Origin: Trueperaceae bacterium
GTDB taxonomy: Bacteria; Deinococcota; Deinococci; Deinococcales; Trueperaceae
Direction of reading: 5' to 3'
DNA length: 64,000 nucleotides
NCBI GenBank assembly: GCA_965214405.1
Contig: OZ243956.1
Coordinates: forward strand, 4,000,001-4,064,000
Under the pieces are notes generated by a model. The model was not told where the DNA came from. It saw only the letters and a program-made list of their open reading frames with translations, and did no database searches. Position 1 is the first letter of the stretch, and each line of letters opens with the position of its first letter. This document shows positions 20,509 through 29,584 of the stretch, one piece after another. The position numbers and the translations under genes were made by a program.

Positions 20509-21246
20509 ATGGAGACATTATCCCCCTCACGCTCCAGCACGTTGCATATTGATACGTCGCGCTTTTGCACCCCGCGCGTCCACCCTTTACCCCCTGACGG
20601 TACGTTTCACAACAGGGTGTCTCACAATGGGGTGTCTCACAATGGGGTGTCTCACAACAAAGGAGCGCGTAACGGTGCCATCCGGCCCACGGTGCAGATA
20701 GAAACGCTTTCTTATGACGCCGACGCCCGTTGGTCCGCTCCTCTGCCCGCGCTCGACTCAGAGCAAACGCTTCTATTAGTGTTTGGTGGGGCGCTCGGCA
20801 ATGTGGTAGAGCCTGTTGCGGACCTGGTTAAAGCGTATCCCAAGTCTCGCCTCGTCGGGTGCTCGAGGCCCTGCAACGCGCAAAACGTGCCAGACGCCGT
20901 CTCGGTCACCTTTATGCGCTTTAGCTACTCGCACCTCCACGTCACCTACGTCCCCGTCACGCCACCCGCCGCAGGAGATGATGTCGCCCGGCCGGTGGGC
21001 GAGAGAATCGCCAAGAACCTTCTTGCACCCGCCTTGCAAGGCGTCATGCTTTTTCCCGGTGTACCGGATATTGACAGCGACGATTTGCTCGAGAGCGCCA
21101 AGGCCGCGCTGCCGCGCACCGTCACCCTAACGAGCTTTGCGAGCGGCGCTCAGAGTTGTCAGGGTTGGGCCGTGGGCTGGGGCGGACCCCAGCGGAACGT
21201 GGTCGCAGCCGTGGGTCTTTACGGCGAGCGGGTGGTGTTTGACTAG
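20509..21246 (+). CDS. FIST N-terminal domain protein
   Basis: LDSEQTLLLVFG, YPKSRLVGCS and VAAVGLYG. The N-terminus has three (N)xVSH repeats from a 15-bp tandem. Confidence 0.6.
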   Translation: METLSPSRSSTLHIDTSRFCTPRVHPLPPDGTFHNRVSHNGVSHNGVSHNKGARNGAIRPTVQIETLSYDADARWSAPLPALDSEQTLLLVFGGALGNVVEPVADLVKAYPKSRLVGCSRPCNAQNVPDAVSVTFMRFSYSHLHVTYVPVTPPAAGDDVARPVGERIAKNLLAPALQGVMLFPGVPDIDSDDLLESAKAALPRTVTLTSFASGAQSCQGWAVGWGGPQRNVVAAVGLYGERVVFD

Positions 21247-21389
21247 CGCGAGGTGCCTTTTATGTGAGCGTGGATGATTCACGAGCAAACGTTCAGGACG
21301 TCGTGGCTCAGCCAGGGTTTAAGGGAGGTCCCTAAGGTGGTTCTGCTCACCTTTCGGGGAACCCTTGTATTCCGGCCCTCATCCTCTTT

Positions 21390-22883
21390 TTACCCTCGAG
21401 CTTCGCTGTCGCTTGGTTTGTGCCAGGCGCGGCCCTCATTCTCTAGCAGCTCGTCCGCCGCCGCCGGTCCCCAACTTCCCGCCTCGTAAAACGCGGGCTC
21501 CCCGCTTGTCGATTCCCAGTAGTTGAGCAGCGGCTCGATCACCCGCCACTGCGCCTCGACCTCGTCGGCGCGCATGAAGAGCGTCGCGTCGCCCTCCATC
21601 GTGTCTAAGATGAGCGTTTCGTAGGCGTCGGGGGTGGGGCGGTCGAACTCCTCGTCATAAAGGAAGTTCATCGAGACGCGTTTTAGATCGATGTCACCCC
21701 CCGGCGCTTTGGCGTTAAAACGAAGTGAGATGCCCTCGTTGGGCGCCAAGCGCAAGATGAGGCGGTCGGGCTCGAGCGGCTCCTCAAGCGAAAACGGCAC
21801 GTGCGGCGGGCGCTTCATCTGCAACACGATTTCGCTCGCTTTGTCCGCTAAGCGCTTGCCGCTCCGCACAAAAAAGGGCACCCCGGCCCAGCGCCAGTTC
21901 TCGATGCGAAATTCTACCGCGGCGTAAGTCGCCTGGCGCGAACCCTCAGCCACATCCTCTTCATCGCGGTAGCCTTTCGCGTCGCCGTTGGCTGCATACT
22001 GACCAATCACGGCCTTCGCCGGGTTCACGCAGCACATCGCCTCGAAGACCTTGACTTTTTCGTCGCGGACGCTCTTGGCGTCGTAGCGCGCGGGCGGCTC
22101 GGTGGCGATGAGGGCGACGAGCTGCAAAAGGTGGTTCTGGAACACGTCACGAATCACCCCCGCCGCCTCATAAAAGGAGCCGCGGCCCTCGACGCCCATC
22201 GGCTCGGCCATCGTGATTTGCACGTGGTCGATGTACTGCGAGTTCCAGATGGGCTCAAAGACGGTGTTGCCGAAGCGTAGCGCGGCTAAGTTCTGCGCGG
22301 TTTCTTTGGCGAGGTAATGGTCGATGCGGTAGACCTGAGATTCGTCGAAGTGCTCGAGGATGGTCTCATTGAGCCGTTCCGCGCTCTCCAGATCCGTCCC
22401 AAAAGGTTTCTCCACGACCAACCGCGCCGCGCCGCCTTTGCTCTCGTTGAGCCCGACCGCGGCTAAGCAGCGGGCGATGCTCTCATAGGTACCGGGCGGG
22501 GTGGCGGTATAAAAGATGCGGGTGGAGAGGCCCAGTTCGTTAAGGTGCTCGCTCAGCTTCTCGAAGCTCGCCCCGTCGTCGTACGACCCCTGTACAAAGG
22601 TGAAGCGGGGGGCCAGCTCCTCCCAGGTGTCTTCGTCAAAATCATCCTTGTCAAACTCTTGCAGCGCCTCTTTGACCTCTTTGCGCAAATCCTCATCCGA
22701 CCAGTCGCGGCGCGAGAAGCCGACGATCTGCGTGTCGGGGTTCAGTTCGCCCTTGGTGTGGAGCGCGTAGAGCGCGGGCATGAGTTTACGCGCGGCCAAG
22801 TCGCCCGTCACGCCGAAAATCACAAAGGCGCAGGGCGGGGCGCTTTCGGAATTCGCGGGGGCGGGGCTCGAGCCAGAACTCAC
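21390..22883 (-). CDS. zwf: Glucose-6-phosphate 1-dehydrogenase
   Basis: GVTGDLAARKL, EKPFG, RIDHYLAKE and RWAGVPF motifs. Confidence 0.97.
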   Translation of the reverse strand: MSSGSSPAPANSESAPPCAFVIFGVTGDLAARKLMPALYALHTKGELNPDTQIVGFSRRDWSDEDLRKEVKEALQEFDKDDFDEDTWEELAPRFTFVQGSYDDGASFEKLSEHLNELGLSTRIFYTATPPGTYESIARCLAAVGLNESKGGAARLVVEKPFGTDLESAERLNETILEHFDESQVYRIDHYLAKETAQNLAALRFGNTVFEPIWNSQYIDHVQITMAEPMGVEGRGSFYEAAGVIRDVFQNHLLQLVALIATEPPARYDAKSVRDEKVKVFEAMCCVNPAKAVIGQYAANGDAKGYRDEEDVAEGSRQATYAAVEFRIENWRWAGVPFFVRSGKRLADKASEIVLQMKRPPHVPFSLEEPLEPDRLILRLAPNEGISLRFNAKAPGGDIDLKRVSMNFLYDEEFDRPTPDAYETLILDTMEGDATLFMRADEVEAQWRVIEPLLNYWESTSGEPAFYEAGSWGPAAADELLENEGRAWHKPSDSEARG

Positions 22884-23848
22884 GACCTACCCACCTCCCT
22901 CTCTTTTTGCTCCACCGTCTCCTTCTGGTCTTGCTGCTCGAGCTTTTCTTCCAACTTCTTCACGCTGTGCCCGCCGAACTCGTTACGCAGCGCCGCGGCC
23001 ACCTTGGCGGCGAAGGAGTGCTGCTGGCGGCTCGAGAAGCGCGCGAACAACGCCGCCGCGAGCGCGGGCATCGGTACGGCCCGGTCAATGCTATATTCCA
23101 GAGTCCAGCGGCCCATCCCCGAGTCGTCCACGTAGCCTTCGATTTTTTCCAACCGCTTATCGTCTTGGAGCGCGTCTACCGTCAGGTCCAGGAGCCACGA
23201 GCGGATGACCGAGCCGTGCATCCACAGGTCCGCAATCTGGTGGAGGTCTAGGTCGGCGTGTTCAAACGAGGCCATGAGCGCAAAGCCCTCGCCGTAGGAC
23301 TGCATGAGCGCGTATTCGACGCCGTTATGCACCATCTTGACAAAGTGCCCCGCGCCGTTGGGGCCGACGTGCGCGTAGCCGCCCTCGGGCGCGAGCGTCC
23401 GCATGATGGGCTCGACCGTCTTAAAGGTTTCGTCCGTCGCGCCGACCATCAGGTTATAGCCAATCCGCAAGCCCCACACGCCGCCCGACACGCCCGCGTC
23501 GACGTAGTGGACCCCGTGCTCCTCGAGCTCTTTGGCGCGCCGCATCGAGTCGCGCCAGTCGGAGTTGGCCCCGTCGACAATGATGTCGCCCTCCTCTAGC
23601 GACTCCAGCGCCTCATGGATGCTGTTCTCGGTGATGACGCCCGAGGGGAGCATGAGCCAGACCACGCGGGGGGCCTCGAGCTTAGCGATCATGTCGCTCA
23701 GGCCGCTCGAGCCCGTTGCCCCCTCGTCTACAAGCTCCTGAACGTGCGCTTCTGAAAGGTCAAAAACCACGACCTCGTGCCCGCCCTCGATGAGGCGTTT
23801 GGTCATATCGCCGCCCATTTTGCCGAGTCCTACCATGCCGAGTTTCAT
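22880..23848 (-). CDS. gnd: Short-type decarboxylating 6-phosphogluconate dehydrogenase
   Basis: GLGKMG, DAGVSGGVWG, GHFVKMVHNGVEY and ALRNEFGGH motifs. Confidence 0.95.
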   Translation of the reverse strand: MKLGMVGLGKMGGDMTKRLIEGGHEVVVFDLSEAHVQELVDEGATGSSGLSDMIAKLEAPRVVWLMLPSGVITENSIHEALESLEEGDIIVDGANSDWRDSMRRAKELEEHGVHYVDAGVSGGVWGLRIGYNLMVGATDETFKTVEPIMRTLAPEGGYAHVGPNGAGHFVKMVHNGVEYALMQSYGEGFALMASFEHADLDLHQIADLWMHGSVIRSWLLDLTVDALQDDKRLEKIEGYVDDSGMGRWTLEYSIDRAVPMPALAAALFARFSSRQQHSFAAKVAAALRNEFGGHSVKKLEEKLEQQDQKETVEQKEREVGRS

Positions 23849-24032
23849 GCCAACCTCCAGGGTCTAGGGGGGATCATCCCGCGTAAGAAAGGTTCAGCCT
23901 GTTCACACCTTTCAAGACTCAGTTTACAGGATGGCTCCTGCGCTGAATCAAACTCGGTAGAGACGAAACCTCCAGGCCTTGATGCTAGCAGAGTGGGCCG
24001 CGGCGAGTGTGTAGCCGCTTTGGCAGAACGCC

Positions 24033-24386
24033 TCAAGTTGCCCCTGGCGCGCTAAGGAGGGTGGCTCGCCCAAAAAGCATTATAAAAGCCTCCGCCGCCG
24101 GGACGAGGCGGCGCACGTCGTCGTCGCGCCGGGTCTCGTCGCGGTAGCGAAATTGCAGGGTCCAGGCTCGAGCGAGCGCCCGCGCGTCGTTAGCCTCGAG
24201 CGCCTCCGCGCCTCGCCCCAATAGAAAGGGGAGATCGAAACACGACTCGACCCAAGGCTGGTGGCTGCTCTCAAAGGCCGCCAGGGCATCTTTTAGCGCG
24301 CGTTGATGACGCCGCCGACGTTTGAAATTGTCCAAGCAGCCCAGGTGAAACGTGAAGACGCGTCTATATGCCGCTGTAAGGTTCAC
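24033..24386 (-). CDS. Hypothetical protein divergent from the ArsR-type regulator
   Basis: GTG 24386 preceded by GGAGG, giving a 117-aa ORF. Confidence 0.55.
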   Translation of the reverse strand: MNLTAAYRRVFTFHLGCLDNFKRRRRHQRALKDALAAFESSHQPWVESCFDLPFLLGRGAEALEANDARALARAWTLQFRYRDETRRDDDVRRLVPAAEAFIMLFGRATLLSAPGAT

Positions 24387-24481
24387 TCGGCACCTCCTGG
24401 TAAAGGCTACCGGGAGGGTTGGGGGTGTTGTTTCCACCAAGGTCGAAGTATGAGGGTGCGACACCCCCTTAAAATGAAGGC

Positions 24482-25174
24482 ATGGACCAAACGGTAGATA
24501 TGCAACAAACGGTAGCCTCAGCCGCCGCACTCATGGGCGACCCGGCGCGCGCACGAATGCTTCTGTCTTTGATGGGCGGCCAGGCTCGCCCCGCCTCGGA
24601 ACTGGCGCGCGTCGCCCGCGTCTCGCCTCAGACGGCCAGCGCCCACCTCGCCAAATTGCAGCAGGGGGGCTTACTGACGGTCGAGCGCCACGGGCGCTAC
24701 CGCTACTACCGGCTGGCCGGGGGGGCGGTCGCCGACGTCATAGAGTCTTTGCAGAACCTGGCGGCGCTTCCTGTCGAAGAGATAAAGGGCACGTCCGATG
24801 AACCCCTGATGTTCGCCCGCACCTGCTACGACCATCTTGCCGGTAGGGTGGCCGTCGCCCTTGCCGACGCTTTGCTGGCGGGCGGCTTTATTGGACTCGA
24901 GGCGAACTGCTACCACGTTACATCTCACGGAGAGCGAGCCTTTACAGAGTTGGACGTCGACTTACGCGCGCTTGCCCGGCAGCGGCGTTCCCTGGCTAAG
25001 CCGTGCCTGGACTGGACGGAGCGGCGTTATCACGTGGCAGGGGCTCTCGGCGCTGCGCTCACCGCGCAACTTTTTCATAGAAAGTGGCTGGTGCGCTTAG
25101 AAAGTAGCCGCGCCGTTCACCTGACCCCTGGCGGCCTCGAGGGCCTAGAGAACGCGTTCGGCGTCAGGCTCTGA
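24482..25174 (+). CDS. ArsR/SmtB-family winged-helix regulator
   Basis: GDPARARML, ASAHLAKL, GRYRYYRL, ARTCYDHLAG and CLDWTERR. TAAAAT lies 6 nt before the ATG. Confidence 0.9.
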   Translation: MDQTVDMQQTVASAAALMGDPARARMLLSLMGGQARPASELARVARVSPQTASAHLAKLQQGGLLTVERHGRYRYYRLAGGAVADVIESLQNLAALPVEEIKGTSDEPLMFARTCYDHLAGRVAVALADALLAGGFIGLEANCYHVTSHGERAFTELDVDLRALARQRRSLAKPCLDWTERRYHVAGALGAALTAQLFHRKWLVRLESSRAVHLTPGGLEGLENAFGVRL

Positions 25175-25549
25175 GAGGGCTGTAGAAGAGGCTTTTGAGT
25201 GATGTGTGTCTACTTCGGGCACTGGTACGAACAGCGTAGCAATCTCACTACGGGTTTCGGCGTCTTTCAGGGCGATGTCGAGTCGGCACCCTAGCGCCTG
25301 GGCGTAGCGACTGAGCACCTCGAGCGCCAACGCCGCCCCCTCGACACTCTCAATCTGCGACACACGCGGACGCGTCACGCCCATGCGCTCGGCAACCTCA
25401 CGCTGGCTTAACCCCTTAGCCTCGCGCACAGCGCGCAGCGCCGCCCCAATCTCTTCGTTAGCGACCTCGCGGTACAGAGCGGCGTAGTCAGGGTCTTGCA
25501 AAAATTCCTTAGTTAAGTCACTCGCTCGTTTCAAAGGATGTTTTGGCAT
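25145..25549 (-). CDS. XRE HTH antitoxin (HigA-like)
   Basis: LRAVREAKGLSQREVAERMGVTRPRVSQIE. Lies downstream of a RelE-like gene. Confidence 0.85.
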   Translation of the reverse strand: MPKHPLKRASDLTKEFLQDPDYAALYREVANEEIGAALRAVREAKGLSQREVAERMGVTRPRVSQIESVEGAALALEVLSRYAQALGCRLDIALKDAETRSEIATLFVPVPEVDTHHSKASSTALSEPDAERVL

Positions 25550-25553
25550 GTTG

Positions 25554-25913
25554 TCACTCCTTGTTGTACTCCTCAAAAGCCGCCAAAGCTTTTTTAATGA
25601 GCTTACGGTCAGCCTGGTTCTGCTGTTTCACTTCACCTGCGGCGGCAATGAATACCTCTTTGTCCTGTTGCCAATAATAAATGCGTACCGCGTTACGTCC
25701 GGTTTTGCCTCGTAGTTCGTAAATCGGCCCGTCGATATGACTGACGTAGGGAAAGGATAAGGTCGTACCCTTGTCCTCGAGCAAAGCAATGAGCCGATCG
25801 ACTTTCGCAGAGGCCCTGGGATTGGAGCGCCGAAGTGCCTTGCGCCACTCACGAAACTCGGAGTAACCGGTTTCATCCTCGTACTCGTAAACAACATAGG
25901 GTGTAAAACTCAC
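25554..25913 (-). CDS. RelE/HigB-like toxin
   Basis: FPYVSHIDGPIYELR...RIYY. Toxin-first order typical of HigBA. Confidence 0.8.
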   Translation of the reverse strand: MSFTPYVVYEYEDETGYSEFREWRKALRRSNPRASAKVDRLIALLEDKGTTLSFPYVSHIDGPIYELRGKTGRNAVRIYYWQQDKEVFIAAAGEVKQQNQADRKLIKKALAAFEEYNKE

Positions 25914-26055
25914 GGCATTCTCGATAGTATAGTAGTTGAGAAGGGGAGGTTAGTCAAGACTAACCCTACAGGACTGCATCTTCCTTAGCTCTGAAGTTCC
26001 GCATGTCCGGCACACCTCAAACTTTTGTAGCTCTGGCCTTTGCGACTTAGATAAG

Positions 26056-26553
26056 TTAAAGCGTCTTGAAACTCTCAAACGGCTGACTACACGCGTTGCA
26101 GTAGTAAATCGACTTGCACAAAGTCGGCCCAAAGGTGTTTTTCACGCTCGTGTCCATACTGTCGCAATAGGGGCAGGCGACGGGCGCGAAAAAGGTGACG
26201 TTCCCAACACCGCCCTGCGGCGCGGGGGGTGCAATGCCAAATGTTTTGAGTTTGGCCTTGGCTTCGTCCGTCATCCAGTCGGTTGACCAAGGGGGGGAAA
26301 GAACGGTCCTCACCTCAATATTTTCGAAGCCCACCTCCCGCAGCCGCGCCTCGATGTCCGTTTTCATGACGTGGATAGCGGGACAGCCCGAAAAGGTCGG
26401 GGTCATGGCGACTTTGACGCCGTCGCCCAAGACCTCCACCTCGCGCACGATGCCCATTTCGGTCACGGAGACGACGGGGATTTCGGGGTCTTTAACGCTC
26501 TCCAGAGCTTTCCAAACGTCTTCTTCGCTCATCTTGCTTATTGTTGTGGTCAC
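26056..26553 (-). CDS. paaD: Phenylacetyl-CoA epoxidase subunit PaaD
   Basis: DPEIPVVS, TPTFSGCPA, CPYC, FGPTLCK and CNACSQPFESFK. Confidence 0.93.
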   Translation of the reverse strand: MTTTISKMSEEDVWKALESVKDPEIPVVSVTEMGIVREVEVLGDGVKVAMTPTFSGCPAIHVMKTDIEARLREVGFENIEVRTVLSPPWSTDWMTDEAKAKLKTFGIAPPAPQGGVGNVTFFAPVACPYCDSMDTSVKNTFGPTLCKSIYYCNACSQPFESFKTL

Positions 26554-26563
26554 GTTGACCTCC

Positions 26564-27316
26564 TTACCAAACCGCGTCGGGCTCGAGCCTCGCCACCTTT
26601 TGCAAATCGTCCAAAAGCCCTGTCAGGTGTTCTGTGTGTTCTCTGCGTGAGGTGGGCGGTGTGTCGTTGGTGGGGATACTGAGACCGGAGGTTTTGAGAT
26701 GTGGGGTGGTGTGCTCGAGCCACGCCTCCCTCACCTCATCCAAATCCGGCACCATATTTTCTTGAACAAGTACGGTTTCATCAGGTAAAGGCGTAAAAAG
26801 CCCTCCCGCGAGAGGCCACAACTCGTCAAGCGCCCGCTGCATCCGCCCCTGCGACTCCTCCGTGCCGAGCCCCAACCGCTCGACCCACACGTGCGTGTGC
26901 TGGAGGTGAAAGCGCTCCTCTTTACGGATTTTGGCGGCGGCTTGGGCGATGGGGGTGTGGGTACTCTCCTCGAGGCGGGGCAGGTGGATGTACTCATAAG
27001 CGTCGAAAAGGTACTGCCGCAGCATGGTGAAGGCCCAGTCGCCCTTGGGAAGCTCGAGCATCTTCACGTTCCTCCAACCCTCCGCACTACGGAAGTACAC
27101 CAGCTTATCCGGGTCGCTGCCGTCCAGCTCCCCCCGTAGCCCATACCAAAGAGTCGCGTGCCCCAGTTCGTCTTGCGCTAAGTTGGCGAGCGCGATGTCC
27201 TCTTCCAAGATGGGCGCGTGCCCCGTCCACTCGCTGTTGCGGTGGCCTAGCACGAACTCGTCGTCGGCCAGGGCGGTGAGCTTGGCGATGAGGGCGTTTC
27301 TGATGCTGCTATCCAC
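26564..27316 (-). CDS. paaC: Phenylacetyl-CoA epoxidase subunit PaaC
   Basis: [20 protein letters not shown] and [12 protein letters not shown] 27316 has an AAGGAGG RBS. Confidence 0.93.
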   Translation of the reverse strand: MDSSIRNALIAKLTALADDEFVLGHRNSEWTGHAPILEEDIALANLAQDELGHATLWYGLRGELDGSDPDKLVYFRSAEGWRNVKMLELPKGDWAFTMLRQYLFDAYEYIHLPRLEESTHTPIAQAAAKIRKEERFHLQHTHVWVERLGLGTEESQGRMQRALDELWPLAGGLFTPLPDETVLVQENMVPDLDEVREAWLEHTTPHLKTSGLSIPTNDTPPTSRREHTEHLTGLLDDLQKVARLEPDAVW

Positions 27317-27860
27317 GCTCCACCTCCTTGCGTTTCTTGGCGCGCACCATCCCGTACTCCGACTGCTGCTTATACGTTTTGTCTTTCGCGGGCTCGAACC
27401 AGCTTTCGGCGTCTTCATCGCGGCTGCGGACGACGCTTCGCTCGAGCAGCACCCACCAGGTGAGGGCAGGTTCGTCGGTGAAGGTGTCTAAAGCGTGCCG
27501 CAGTGCCTCTTCGTGTGTGCGAGCTTTGACTTCGCCGATGTGGTCAACAAAGGTTAGGGACTGTTTATGGCTCGTTTTGCGGAAGACGAGATAGGCTTCT
27601 GGCGCCCCCTCAGCTTCGGCGTCCCAATCAAAACTTTCCAACTCCTCCGCCGTCACCGAAAGAATGTCCTCCACCCGCACCACCCACATGCTGACCGCGC
27701 GGGGCCGCCGCGCGAACACGTTACGCGCAGTGAGGAGCGCGTGCGCCGCGTCCCCCGCGTGGACCGTCCCCACCGCCTGATGCGGCTTTTCGGGCGTGTC
27801 CTGCTTGAAGACCTCCCAGCGGGACCACTGCGTGTCGGGTTGAGGTGTTGCGTTACTCAT
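27309..27860 (-). CDS. paaB: PaaB with an internally duplicated domain
   Basis: WEVF...[23 protein letters not shown]...DKTYKQ, with a second similar module in the C-terminal half. Confidence 0.88.
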   Translation of the reverse strand: MSNATPQPDTQWSRWEVFKQDTPEKPHQAVGTVHAGDAAHALLTARNVFARRPRAVSMWVVRVEDILSVTAEELESFDWDAEAEGAPEAYLVFRKTSHKQSLTFVDHIGEVKARTHEEALRHALDTFTDEPALTWWVLLERSVVRSRDEDAESWFEPAKDKTYKQQSEYGMVRAKKRKEVERG

Positions 27861-27917
27861 CAGAACCTTTTTGGGGAACAGGGTAGGGGAGAGGCGCGTC
27901 CTGACTCTCGGGCATCC

Positions 27918-28910
27918 TCACGCAGCCTTTGCTTGCCCTCGAGCCTCATACGCCGCCATCGCCTCGCGCACCCACGCGCCTTCATCATGCGCCTTGCGCT
28001 TCGCGCTCATCCGCTCCTCGTTGCAGGGACCGTCGCCCTTGACGACGCGCCAGAACTCGTCCCAGTCGATGGGGCCGTGGCACCAGTTGCCGGTCTCCTC
28101 GTCAAAACGCAAATCCGGGTCGGGGATGGTGAGGCCCGCTTCCAACAGTTCCGGCGCGTGCTCGTTGATAAACTCCTGGCGCACCTCGTCGTTCGTTTTC
28201 GTCTTGACGCCCCAGCGCATGAGCTGTGTGGTGTTGCTCGAGTCCGCGTCATGCGGCCCCAGCATCATCATCGAGGGCCACCACCAGCGGTCGAGTGCGT
28301 CCTGCGCCATCTCGCGCTGCTTTTTGGTGCCCTGCGCGTAGCGGATGACCATCTCTTTGCCCTGCTTGTGGTGAAAGGTCTCCTCGGTGCAGATGCGGAC
28401 CATCGCGCGGGAGTAGGGGCCGTACGAGCAGCGCGCCAGCATCGTTTGGTTCTTGATGGCCGCGCCGTCCACGAGCCAACCGATCATGCCCACGTCCGCC
28501 CAGGTGAGGGACGGGTAGTTAAAAATGGACGAGTATTTCGCCCGGCCCGTGAGGAGCGCGTCCACCATCTCCTCTCGAGTCGCGCCCAGCGTCTCCGCCG
28601 CGTGGTAGAGGTACTGGCCGTGCCCCGCCTCGTCTTGCACCTTGGCGAGCAAAATCATCTTGCGCCGCAAGCTCGGCGCGTGCGTAATCCACGCGCCCTC
28701 GGGCAGCATCCCGACGACCTCGCTATGCGCGTGCTGCGAAATCATGCGGATGAGCTGCTTGCGGTACGCCTCAGGCATCCAGTCGCCGGGCTCGATTTTC
28801 TCGCCGTCGGCGATGCGCGCTTCAAAGGCTTCTAACTTCGCGTCCTCTTCGCGCTGCGCGGACGTGAGGTCTACTTGACTCGTGACAGGAACTTGGGTGG
28901 TTACAGGCAT
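27918..28910 (-). CDS. paaA: Phenylacetyl-CoA epoxidase catalytic subunit PaaA
   Basis: [35 protein letters not shown] and RICTEETFH. Confidence 0.97.
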   Translation of the reverse strand: MPVTTQVPVTSQVDLTSAQREEDAKLEAFEARIADGEKIEPGDWMPEAYRKQLIRMISQHAHSEVVGMLPEGAWITHAPSLRRKMILLAKVQDEAGHGQYLYHAAETLGATREEMVDALLTGRAKYSSIFNYPSLTWADVGMIGWLVDGAAIKNQTMLARCSYGPYSRAMVRICTEETFHHKQGKEMVIRYAQGTKKQREMAQDALDRWWWPSMMMLGPHDADSSNTTQLMRWGVKTKTNDEVRQEFINEHAPELLEAGLTIPDPDLRFDEETGNWCHGPIDWDEFWRVVKGDGPCNEERMSAKRKAHDEGAWVREAMAAYEARGQAKAA

Positions 28911-28929
28911 AACGTCCTCCTCTGCTGGT

Positions 28930-29505
28930 CTATTTTGCGTTTAGTGCGTTAAAAATCAGCGTCGTGTACTTCTCGGTCAGCCCATCAAGCTCCAGCGCCC
29001 CCGCCGGGTCGTACCATTGGTAGGTCCAGTTGAGCGATGAGAGCACAAACAGCGTCGCCAGCTTGGCGTCCTCAACCTGGAAAAGCCCTTCGCGCACGCC
29101 CGCCTCAATCGTGTCGCGGAAGCGCCGTTCGTACGCGTCGCGCCGCGCGGTGATGTTCTCCTTTAAGTCAGGGGACAAGAACTTCCACTCGTGAAAAAAC
29201 ACCGTCGCGTGCGGCAGTTCCTCGGCGATGACCTCCAAATGCCCGCGGATGAGCGCCCGCAGTTGCGCGTCCGCCGGGAGGGCGGGGTCTACCGCGTCGG
29301 CCTTGCTTAAAAAGGCGTCCGCCGCGTGGGTGACGATTTCCCACAGCATCTCCTCTTTGGAGGTCACGTGCGCGTAGAGCGACGAGCCGCGCAGGTTGAG
29401 CGACTTGGCGATGTCGCGCATCGAGGTGGCGTGGTAGCCGTGTGCGCGGAAGAGTTCTCCGGCGTTAGTGAGGATTTCGTCGCGTCTGTCTAGGGTCTTA
29501 TTCAT
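28930..29505 (-). CDS. paaR: TetR-family regulator PaaR
   Basis: [11 protein letters not shown]...[11 protein letters not shown]; heads the paa operon. TGCTATACT lies 7 nt before ATG 29505. Confidence 0.85.
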   Translation of the reverse strand: MNKTLDRRDEILTNAGELFRAHGYHATSMRDIAKSLNLRGSSLYAHVTSKEEMLWEIVTHAADAFLSKADAVDPALPADAQLRALIRGHLEVIAEELPHATVFFHEWKFLSPDLKENITARRDAYERRFRDTIEAGVREGLFQVEDAKLATLFVLSSLNWTYQWYDPAGALELDGLTEKYTTLIFNALNAK

Positions 29506-29523
29506 TGATTTTAGTATAGCAAA

Positions 29524-29537
29524 CGAACGCTCGTTAG
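29524..29537. promoter_or_regulatory. PaaR operator
   Basis: CGAACGCTCGTTAG matches the Thermus PaaR pseudopalindrome CNAACGNNCGTTNG and lies just upstream of the paaR -10 box. Confidence 0.75.
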
Positions 29538-29584
29538 GCAAGTGAGTGCTGCTATAGTTTGGCGGAATGGCTTAAAATCTGGGT

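Noticed and set aside
27567..28835. Long alternative ORFs in the track (e.g. 27567-28835 +, 46681-47760 -, 48557-49492 +, 31434-32144 -)
   Set aside because: They are antisense or shifted-frame shadows of well-supported genes in GC-rich DNA, with no motifs.
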